Shown in pieces: positions 9,125 to 16,969 of a stretch of DNA of 64,000 bases (positions are counted from its first letter, which is position 1; each line of letters begins with the position of its first letter). The notes below the pieces were generated by a model, which was given only the letters and a program-made list of their open reading frames with translations, ran no database searches and was not told where the DNA came from. The position numbers and the translations under genes were made by a program. The stretch comes from Candidatus Bathyarchaeia archaeon (GTDB lineage Archaea > Thermoproteota > Bathyarchaeia > Bathyarchaeales > Bathycorpusculaceae): the NCBI GenBank assembly GCA_038883655.1, contig JAVZLQ010000002.1, positions 121,625 through 185,624 on the forward strand, given 5' to 3'.

Positions 9125-9763
9125 CCCATGGCATGTTTGTTTGTGTCCGCATCCTCCTTGGCATTTGTTTGGGGCTACTCTTATGGGTGGAAGTCTCTCT
9201 TCTCTAATTATTCTTTTAATGTGTCCAACAATCCTTTTCACATAACTTTTCATCGTAGGCGTTATCTCAAACTTTAAAATTAGCTGTTCAGGAATATAAT
9301 TCACAAAACCCCGCTTAACCACAGTGCCAAAGTTTTCCTCCACAAGCAAGGCATAAGCCACAAGCTGGTACTTATGGTCCATGTAGGCTTTTCCCCTATC
9401 AGAGTTCATGTTCTTATACTCGACTGGAACATACTCGCCCTTAACCGTCCTTATTATACAGTCTACTACGCCATGAAGCTGAAGGCTTTTTGAAATAAGT
9501 GGAACGAAAAGAAGCTTCTCAGCGCCAACAAATTCAGGCGAATAATAAACCGCATCCTTTCGCCTAAGCTCTTTGCGCACGTACTCCATATGCAGTTCTT
9601 GGCTTTCCTCCTGCTGAGAACCAAAAACAGGCTGAGCATGCAAAACCCGATCAAAATACACAAGCCGTGGACAATAAACATAATGCTTAACATCAGTAAC
9701 CGAAACCAAAGGCTCAGCGATATCTGAGATTGGCAAATTCTGCCGTTTTTCAGTCTCGCTCAT
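9119..9763 (-). CDS. cas4: Cas4
   Basis: YCPR, G.VD, PVEYK, QL.AY, C..GC....C Fe-S motif. Confidence 0.93.
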   Translation of the reverse strand: MSETEKRQNLPISDIAEPLVSVTDVKHYVYCPRLVYFDRVLHAQPVFGSQQEESQELHMEYVRKELRRKDAVYYSPEFVGAEKLLFVPLISKSLQLHGVVDCIIRTVKGEYVPVEYKNMNSDRGKAYMDHKYQLVAYALLVEENFGTVVKRGFVNYIPEQLILKFEITPTMKSYVKRIVGHIKRIIREERLPPIRVAPNKCQGGCGHKQTCHGL

Positions 9764-10280
9764 TCTTTCCCATCTTTTCTAGACTTTCCATAATTTTCGC
9801 ATAAGTTTCAACGCTACATCTCCACCCAGCAAAAATCATATCGTTTATTGCTTGTTTCGCCTTTTCCTTTGTAATGAGCCCTTGAGAAAACGCCTTAACC
9901 AAAACATATGGTGTTCCTGCGTAGGTTATCCCATAGATTTTAGCTGTTTTCCTTGCAACTTCATCATCGATTATGGCGATTCCGTCGCGTTCCTTCGCTA
10001 TGACTAAAACTTCAGCGTCAGTCACATGAAGCCCCCTTGTTTGCAAAAAAGTCTCTAGGAGACTTGTGTCTTTAGGTTTTACAACTTTGAAAACGTCTTT
10101 TTGAAATAACCTTTCTAAAACCATGGCGTCTGCAACGCCTTTGCGCTTGCCTTCATCCACAACCTCACGTTTAACACTTGGAGAAGTTAATTTCTCTCCT
10201 TTTAACTCTTCAAAAATTCGGCTTAATCCAATTTTCGTTATGTAAATTAACGGAGTGGAATTGAACACAAGCAACTTCAT
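9750..10280 (-). CDS. PIN-domain (DUF3368/VapC-like) toxin
   Basis: VFNSTPLI, V.REV, DAEVL..A, IIDD..AR..A...G....GT. Confidence 0.88.
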   Translation of the reverse strand: MKLLVFNSTPLIYITKIGLSRIFEELKGEKLTSPSVKREVVDEGKRKGVADAMVLERLFQKDVFKVVKPKDTSLLETFLQTRGLHVTDAEVLVIAKERDGIAIIDDEVARKTAKIYGITYAGTPYVLVKAFSQGLITKEKAKQAINDMIFAGWRCSVETYAKIMESLEKMGKNERD

Positions 10281-10282
10281 TT

Positions 10283-10600
10283 CTACTTTGCCGCCGCAGA
10301 CGCTTCCTTAAACTCTCTCTCAATTTCCTGGGGCGAATATCTAACCCATTCGATGTTGCGCTGCTTTAGTAGGTCGGCGAACTCCCAAAGCGAAAGCTTA
10401 GCCATTTCAGCAGCCTTAGCAAAGGTCACCTTCCCATCACGCAGCAGCTCAAGGGCTGTTTGCTTACGCCATTCACCAATACCCAACTCAAGAAGAGTCC
10501 TAACAACAGTGGCCTTATCCAAACCCTCCTGCTCAACCACCTCCTGAATTTCCCTCTCTATCTTCTCTGGAATTCTCACAGCTAAAGGCTTAAGAGCCAA
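10283..10600 (-). CDS. UPF0175-family antitoxin (RHH plus HTH)
   Basis: LAVRIP...DKATVVR and ALELL..GKVTFAKAAEMA.LS.WEF; start moved to TTG 10600 behind an SD-like GGTGA. Confidence 0.85.
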   Translation of the reverse strand: MALKPLAVRIPEKIEREIQEVVEQEGLDKATVVRTLLELGIGEWRKQTALELLRDGKVTFAKAAEMAKLSLWEFADLLKQRNIEWVRYSPQEIEREFKEASAAAK

Positions 10601-10652
10601 CCTCGTCACCGTAAACAAAAGATACCAAACGCATACATAAGAGTTGCGCATT

Positions 10653-10943
10653 TCAAAAATAAGCCACCTTCTCTTTCTCTTCCTTTAATTCGTACTTTTT
10701 AGGTTTACCAACTTCCAGTCTTCCCTTAAAACAAGTGTCGCAGAGGGGATAAAGCTGAACATTTTCAACCAAATCCTTAATCAGATTCTTTAAGTCCACA
10801 ATAAGGCTGTTTAATTCGTCGCGGCGCAGACTACCAATGAATGCGCTGTATTGAATACGTTGCAACCCATAATCCTTCAGCGTTTCAGCAATTAAAGCCC
10901 GCAAATTATCATCCGTAATGTCATAAATCACCAAGTAGCGCAT
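10653..10943 (-). CDS. cas2: Cas2
   Basis: YLVIYDI, L..YGL.RIQYSAF, C..C. Confidence 0.95.
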   Translation of the reverse strand: MRYLVIYDITDDNLRALIAETLKDYGLQRIQYSAFIGSLRRDELNSLIVDLKNLIKDLVENVQLYPLCDTCFKGRLEVGKPKKYELKEEKEKVAYF

Positions 10944-10949
10944 TTCGTT

Positions 10950-11984
10950 TCACCATCCCAGAGTAAACGGTGCGTAATCAGCCTCACGTAAAAGAAAACG
11001 TGCCACACGCCGTGCCTGATGGTGAATAAAGCCTTTGATGGAGCTCCTTTGCCCGTCAAACATAACCTCTGTATCCAAGCGTTCCTGAAAACTCGTAAGC
11101 AAAGTTTTAATCGCCTCTCTGCTTAAAACTCTGTCCTCTTTAAAAGCCTCGGCAACAACAATCTCGCCAGGCTTAATCACATTCTTCGTTATCAAACCAA
11201 TAAGAGTTCTATCCACAACCTGTTGCCGAAACTCCTCCATTAAATCCAAAACAAGCGAGGGCTTACCCGGCCTATCAGCATGTAAATAACCTGCATAAAA
11301 GTCTAAGCCAGCATAGCTTACAGCCTTCCAAACTTCCGGAAAAAGAATTGTTTGATAGCCAAAATTTAACATGGCATTAAATGGATCGCGGGCACCCCTT
11401 GTTTCGCGTCCCGTAAAGCCCAACTCGGCTGGCAGAATCTGGCGCACAGCCTCCCAATAGAAACGTGCGGCTTCAGCCTCCAAATTCATCAAATCTTGAC
11501 GTTTATCATCAATCCTTAAACCATGCTCCTCATCAACTTTCATGTTTATTTGGTCAATAGCCTTACCTGCTTCGTAAAGCCTTTCAGAAAGCGTGGGGTC
11601 TGTCTGGCGCCTGTTTTTCGCCATCAACTTCAACAAGTTCGCTTGATTGGTAAGCTTCCCAGAAACAAACCTTTTGGCTAAAATGAAGCCTCTTTCATCG
11701 TTGTAGGCTATGAACTGTTCTCTTCGGGCTCTAACAGAACCCGTCATTGAAGCAGGCATTAAAACGGCGTATGGCCAACCGCTGTAACGGGCGAAGACCA
11801 CTTGAATATTGTTTTGGACGGCTAAAGCCAAAGCGCTTGCTGAAAATGCTACACCGGACGAGCAACAAATTATAGAGTCAACGTCATCTGCGACTATTTC
11901 CTTAACTTCTCCCTCCTTTTTTACAATAAAGCGGTTTCTTTTCCTTCCCAGGAAAATGCCAAAATCATCCAAGAAAATCCTCAT
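10950..11984 (-). CDS. cas1: Cas1
   Basis: EAEAARFYW, DPFNAMLNFGY, GYLH, SLVLDLMEEFR..VD. Confidence 0.97.
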   Translation of the reverse strand: MRIFLDDFGIFLGRKRNRFIVKKEGEVKEIVADDVDSIICCSSGVAFSASALALAVQNNIQVVFARYSGWPYAVLMPASMTGSVRARREQFIAYNDERGFILAKRFVSGKLTNQANLLKLMAKNRRQTDPTLSERLYEAGKAIDQINMKVDEEHGLRIDDKRQDLMNLEAEAARFYWEAVRQILPAELGFTGRETRGARDPFNAMLNFGYQTILFPEVWKAVSYAGLDFYAGYLHADRPGKPSLVLDLMEEFRQQVVDRTLIGLITKNVIKPGEIVVAEAFKEDRVLSREAIKTLLTSFQERLDTEVMFDGQRSSIKGFIHHQARRVARFLLREADYAPFTLGW

Positions 11985-11999
11985 AAAACCACAGCCGCT

Positions 12000-12887
12000 T
12001 TATTCATAGCAAACTTTGAAGTATATGCAGTCTTCTGGACATTGAGAACGATTGGGTTTGCCTGGGTCTTTTCCTTCAGCTACAATCTCAAGCTTTTTGT
12101 CGCGCTCTTCGATCCACCATTGCCTCAACTCATCGCTTGCAAAAAACAAATCTCTACGCATCAAGACCTTTCCGTCTCTGACATCAAGGTAAACGTTGCA
12201 GCAAACGTCTATTGGAACCTCGTGGACACTTTCGAAGACAAGAGCGTAGCCTACTGGCGAAAGCCTATGCCATTCCTGCGGTTCACTTGCCACTTTTAAA
12301 TCGAACATTATCGCCTTCAAATAATCATAACAGTCCAAGCTGAGTATACCGCTTAATCCAAGCAATTCGCCAGAAATTTTGTGTTCAACCAGAAATGGAA
12401 CTGCAGACGCTATCAAGTCAAGTTCAGAGGCGTAGGGCTGTCTACTGGAAACCTCAGCTAAGCGTGCTTCACAGATTTTTTGTAGAAAATCCCAAACTTT
12501 TCTGGATGGTTCCTTCAAGTTTTCAGGCTTTTCATTGATTTCAGACCATCGAATAGTTTGCCACCAAGATTCAAAATCGACGCTGTGTCGTTGAGCAAAT
12601 GCTCTTAAACAGTCGCTGACAACTCCATGGAGAATTTTGCCCAAAGCCACCTTACTGCTGGGAACAGGTGAAATCTTCTCCACATAACGCAGATACACAT
12701 CACGGTTTGTGGGGCAATACTTTGAGCATACGGCGTACATGGGCAGCTTAACATTATCGTAATAGGGCTTTAAGGGAGGCTGATGCCAACTCCAGCCCCG
12801 CAACTCTTTGCTGACGCCAACCTCGCGGACAGTGGGCAAAAGCTGATAAAGCAAATACTTGTGCTCAACATCAGACAGGAAATACAA
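12000..12887 (-). CDS. csa1: Csa1 (Cas4-like, type I-A)
   Basis: ELRGWSW, YCPT.RDVYL, D.K, C..DC.Y..VC. True start is TTG at 12887; the ORF-track extension to 13196 reads through the leader and array. Confidence 0.9.
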   Translation of the reverse strand: MYFLSDVEHKYLLYQLLPTVREVGVSKELRGWSWHQPPLKPYYDNVKLPMYAVCSKYCPTNRDVYLRYVEKISPVPSSKVALGKILHGVVSDCLRAFAQRHSVDFESWWQTIRWSEINEKPENLKEPSRKVWDFLQKICEARLAEVSSRQPYASELDLIASAVPFLVEHKISGELLGLSGILSLDCYDYLKAIMFDLKVASEPQEWHRLSPVGYALVFESVHEVPIDVCCNVYLDVRDGKVLMRRDLFFASDELRQWWIEERDKKLEIVAEGKDPGKPNRSQCPEDCIYFKVCYE

Positions 12888-13022
12888 CCTTATCCAACCA
12901 TTAAAAAGCCTATTTCGATTATCTTTATAAATCAAATTGCATCCTAATAATAATCGAAAATACATATTAAAACTAAACCTAAAAACAGCCTCAAGCAACA
13001 AAACCGCCAAAATAAGCCTGCA
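12888..13022 (+). promoter_or_regulatory. CRISPR leader and divergent csa1 promoter
   Basis: AT-rich 135 nt with TTTATAAA at about 12924-12931, directly before repeat 1. Confidence 0.75.
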
Positions 13023-14585
13023 GATGCAGAATAAAAATCCCAATAAAGGGAATTGAAAGGTTAAAGCTATTGTTGTTTTCTCTTCGCCTCCTGTTTTCTG
13101 ATGCAGAATAAAAATCCCAATAAAGGGAATTGAAAGAGGATTTAATTCATTTTTTGCCACATGTGCCTTTTTTAGGATGCAGAATAAAAATCCCAATAAA
13201 GGGAATTGAAAGGTTTAAGCGTTAAAGCATGGAACCAAATTGCAACGTGATGCAGAATAAAAATCCCAATAAAGGGAATTGAAAGTATTTACCATGCCCC
13301 CTTGGCTTAGCCATATAGATATGGATGCAGAATAAAAATCCCAATAAAGGGAATTGAAAGGGGCAACTCCACGTCCCACTTTTTAGTCCACTAGTGCTAC
13401 GATGCAGAATAAAAATCCCAATAAAGGGAATTGAAAGCTTGAGAAGGCATGAGCGATTCCGAAAACTGATTCATGATGCAGAATAAAAATCCCAATAAAG
13501 GGAATTGAAAGTCGCCCAATAGAAGGCCCTTGGACGGTAGCTGCGGATGGGATGCAGAATAAAAATCCCAATAAAGGGAATTGAAAGTTTTGCCGTAGAG
13601 GCTCTTGTAGGCGTTCGGGAAACACTCGATGCAGAATAAAAATCCCAATAAAGGGAATTGAAAGACTCGCCACCCCCCAGCTTCATGTAAACTTTAACTT
13701 TGAGATGCAGAATAAAAATCCCAATAAAGGGAATTGAAAGCAGTCATCATCAACGGTGGCACAGGGCGTAGCAGTGCGTGGGATGCAGAATAAAAATCCC
13801 AATAAAGGGAATTGAAAGTTTTTTAAACCACCTCCAACGTTTATTCTTATAATATAATGATGCAGAATAAAAATCCCAATAAAGGGAATTGAAAGCGTGA
13901 CATGAGATAGTCAGCCAAGCTGAATAGGCGTTCCAGATGCAGAATAAAAATCCCAATAAAGGGAATTGAAAGGCATTAACGCACCCGCACCACAGAATAC
14001 CCCAGCTACTACAGATGCAGAATAAAAATCCCAATAAAGGGAATTGAAAGACTATGCTTCTACCGACTTCTGCGATTCCCATAACTATGATGCAGAATAA
14101 AAATCCCAATAAAGGGAATTGAAAGATGGGCTGTAACAGTTACGAAGGTTACAGTGACAGCATCAGATGCAGAATAAAAATCCCAATAAAGGGAATTGAA
14201 AGCGCTTTTTGGGGGAGCAGGTGGAATAGTGACACTTTTGATTGATGCAGAATAAAAATCCCAATAAAGGGAATTGAAAGGTTTAACGTTGTAACTTTCA
14301 ATTATGAGGGCTATGCTGTGATGCAGAATAAAAATCCCAATAAAGGGAATTGAAAGTCGAGTGCAATCTCTTTGACTTTCTCCCGCATATATTCGATGCA
14401 GAATAAAAATCCCAATAAAGGGAATTGAAAGAATATAAGCATATTGGAAAGCTGTGGTTTGGGATGCGCCGATGCAGAATAAAAATCCCAATAAAGGGAA
14501 TTGAAAGTCACAATAATCTGGTATAGTAATCCATATTCTGTCCTTGAAGATGCAGAATAAAAATCCCAATAAAGGGAATTGAAAG
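13023..14585 (+). CRISPR. CRISPR array: 21 identical 37-bp repeats, 20 spacers of 36-41 bp
   Basis: Repeat GATGCAGAATAAAAATCCCAATAAAGGGAATTGAAAG; ATTGAAAG 3' handle and TCCC/GGGA stem give the + orientation. Confidence 0.99.
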
Positions 14586-14600
14586 AAATTTAATTGACAT

Positions 14601-14628
14601 TGTTCCGTTAGCAGCGACTAACAGAACC
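14601..14628 (+). repeat. 11-6-11 dif-like putative recombination site B
   Basis: tgttccgttag-cagcga-ctaacagaacc; arms 9/11 inverted; 15 nt after the last repeat. Confidence 0.65.
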
Positions 14629-14762
14629 TGAAATAAGTCATAAAGAGCGCTTGTGCTTCTATCTGTTAACTTTTGGGCTTTGTTTTTAATGCATTTTTCT
14701 TTGATGAGAAAATTTTTATAGCTTTACGAATATACTTTGTTTCCGTTAAATTGGAGCAACTG

Positions 14763-15911
14763 ATGATGAAAACTATCTGTGGGTTTGTGTTTACGTTGTT
14801 TGTAATAGGCGTAATTTCAACTCTTAGCATTCAAACAATAACTTTGAAATTTGAGGGAACCCACGAAGTTAAAGCGGAAAGTTCCTCCAATTATTACGTA
14901 TTTACGATGGAGATTATGGGGGAGAATTACACTATCGCTATTGAAACAGACGGAACTGTTGGCAGTTTCCATTATTCGAACTTTACTTTTGGCTGGGTTG
15001 GCGTGGGTAATAGCTATTACAATATCACCATTCCTAAATCGCTTAATAACACGCAGATACTCGCAAGGAGTAGCTCATATCAGGGTGCCTTCGAACCAGA
15101 TGAAATATCAATGAACGCAACACATTATTTTGTTTATTACTCAGATTGGTGGGTAAACACACTTTCCGATATTTTCTTCGGCGCTCCCTACGTTAGGCTA
15201 TCTATAGGTTCTTCTACAACCTATGTCGGATTTACGGTGAACATAGAGGCTGATGTAACATATCGAGGGAAACCATTAGCTAATTGGCCAGTAATTATAG
15301 TGGCATATACTGCGCCTTTAAGAGGAGATGTTTGGGCTTGGCAATGGATGAGCCTTCCACTAACTTTAATAGGCACTGGAAACACGACTCAGGATGGAGT
15401 ATATTCAGTTGTTTGGATGCCCACGGCAAGTGGGACATGGTGGATTTCAGCTGGGCTGGCAAACCCGTGGCCTCCAACCAATGGAGATTATCCAGAAGAA
15501 GCCTCTGACTCATTAAGCTTAAATGTTATTCCCCATGCTGACGCTGTGTTTTCTGTCGTATCTAACGCAACAGTTTCAGGGCTGACGTTCAACTCCACAA
15601 CTATGGAGTTAAGCTTCACCGTTGAGGGATCGAGTGAAACTATGGGATTCATTGATGTATTCATCTCAAAAACCTTACTCGAAGATCCAAGCGTCTTAGA
15701 GGTGTATCTTAACGTCACTCGATTAAGTTCAGAGCAGTTTACAGTAAGCTCAATGGACGAGTCATGGCGCCTACACTTAGAGATAACCTTCTCCAGCAAA
15801 TACTATGTTTCCATAGTAATTCCAGAATTCCCTTCAACCATACTCATTTTAGCGCTTTTAATCCTTACAGCATCTACTATTATCCTCTACAAAAACTACC
15901 ACAAAGGTTGA
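14763..15911 (+). CDS. Secreted surface protein with PEF-CTERM-type anchor
   Basis: N-terminal signal helix, beta-rich body with many N-x-S/T sequons, C-terminal IPEFPS plus TM helix plus basic tail; start moved to ATG 14763. Confidence 0.8.
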   Translation: MMKTICGFVFTLFVIGVISTLSIQTITLKFEGTHEVKAESSSNYYVFTMEIMGENYTIAIETDGTVGSFHYSNFTFGWVGVGNSYYNITIPKSLNNTQILARSSSYQGAFEPDEISMNATHYFVYYSDWWVNTLSDIFFGAPYVRLSIGSSTTYVGFTVNIEADVTYRGKPLANWPVIIVAYTAPLRGDVWAWQWMSLPLTLIGTGNTTQDGVYSVVWMPTASGTWWISAGLANPWPPTNGDYPEEASDSLSLNVIPHADAVFSVVSNATVSGLTFNSTTMELSFTVEGSSETMGFIDVFISKTLLEDPSVLEVYLNVTRLSSEQFTVSSMDESWRLHLEITFSSKYYVSIVIPEFPSTILILALLILTASTIILYKNYHKG

Positions 15912-15933
15912 AAATCCTAATTGGCATATTCGC

Positions 15934-15961
15934 TTTTCCATTAGCGATGATTAAAAGAACA
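15934..15961 (+). repeat. 11-6-11 dif-like putative recombination site C
   Basis: ttttccattag-cgatga-ttaaaagaaca; arms 9/11 and 8/11 identical to site B; lies between convergent genes. Confidence 0.6.
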
Positions 15962-16004
15962 TTCTGTAAACATAAGATGCCCAATATAGAGTGTTAATGA
16001 ATTG

Positions 16005-16025
16005 CATAGAAAATAGATTTCTATG
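16005..16025. terminator. Hairpin between convergent genes, possible terminator
   Basis: catagaaa-ataga-tttctatg, perfect 8-bp inverted repeat. Confidence 0.35.
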
Positions 16026-16037
16026 TCTTGCAACCTT

Positions 16038-16967
16038 TCAAAACTGGCGAATGCAACCAATCAGATGCTCAGCATTCTCGAATCTCTCTGAAAGCTCAAA
16101 TTCTAAATAAGCGCCGTAAGCGTTAAAGTATGGTGCTCCTTTCCGTGAGAATAGCGTTAAAATCATGCCTTCGTGGTCTATTTTGTAGCCTTCGTGGCAT
16201 GGTTCGTGTCCCCTAATCAAGAATTTCACATTGAACTTTTCGAGGATTTCTTTTGTTACTTTTTTGCCGAAGAGTTTTCCAGCTCCGCGGGGCGAGGCGC
16301 ATGATTCGCTTATCACGTCGTTTGGGTCGCTCCATAGCATTTCTTCAAGAAAGGTTTGTTTTGGGTGGTTTTTGTGGGCATAAGCCAAGTCCAGCAAGGT
16401 TTTGGCTGTTGTTGGCAAGCCTCCGTGAATAATTAAGCAGCGTTCTTCAACAAAAACTGCGGTGTAAAGGCAGTTGAAAAGCTCTCGGATTTTTGTGTAG
16501 GCTTCTTCCCATTTCTCGCCAAATTTCATCTGAAACTCTAGTGGCAGGTCATGCGGCGAAGCGAGAAGGTCTTCTGGTCCCTCATGGTTTCCACGCATAA
16601 GAATAACTTGCTTTGGAAATAGAATTTTTAGTTTCAATACTGTGTAGTAGACTTCCTTTGAGTATTCACCTCTATCGCCATAATCTCCGAGAAAGATTAG
16701 GGTTGCCTTGCTCCTCTGACGCATTTTTTCAAGGAATTTGCTCTGCCTAAATATGTCAAGGCAGCTTTCTATGTCGCCATGCAAGTCACCAATAACAAGC
16801 GCTTCGCCTTCTGGCTTGAGTTGAACAAGTCGTCCAATAACTTTGAAGTTTCCTAAATCGCCGTTCTCGCTGCAGATTAGGCTTTTTGCCTCATCAACAG
16901 TTTTTGCAAATTCTTCATATTTGGCTTCCAAAGCCTCTTTTATTAAGTGCGCGATGTCAATTTGCAA
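16038..16967 (-). CDS. PPP-family Ser/Thr protein phosphatase
   Basis: GDLHG, GDYGDRG, RGNHE, HGG, LWSDP, IRGHE, TLFS. Confidence 0.92.
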   Translation of the reverse strand: MQIDIAHLIKEALEAKYEEFAKTVDEAKSLICSENGDLGNFKVIGRLVQLKPEGEALVIGDLHGDIESCLDIFRQSKFLEKMRQRSKATLIFLGDYGDRGEYSKEVYYTVLKLKILFPKQVILMRGNHEGPEDLLASPHDLPLEFQMKFGEKWEEAYTKIRELFNCLYTAVFVEERCLIIHGGLPTTAKTLLDLAYAHKNHPKQTFLEEMLWSDPNDVISESCASPRGAGKLFGKKVTKEILEKFNVKFLIRGHEPCHEGYKIDHEGMILTLFSRKGAPYFNAYGAYLEFELSERFENAEHLIGCIRQF

Positions 16968-16969
16968 TT

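Noticed and set aside
9119-12887. Two Cas4-family genes
   Set aside because: csa1 plus cas4 is the normal type I-A adaptation set.
13213-13248. Spacer 3 shares ttaagcgttaaag with about 36056, the pilin 3' end
   Set aside because: Only 13 nt match and the flanks differ; expected by chance.
12888-14569. ORFs across the array and the long N-terminal extension of csa1
   Set aside because: These are translations of CRISPR repeats and the leader, not genes.
14586-14660. Possible extra spacer plus degenerate terminal repeat
   Set aside because: No convincing alignment to the repeat; the stretch is better explained by site B.
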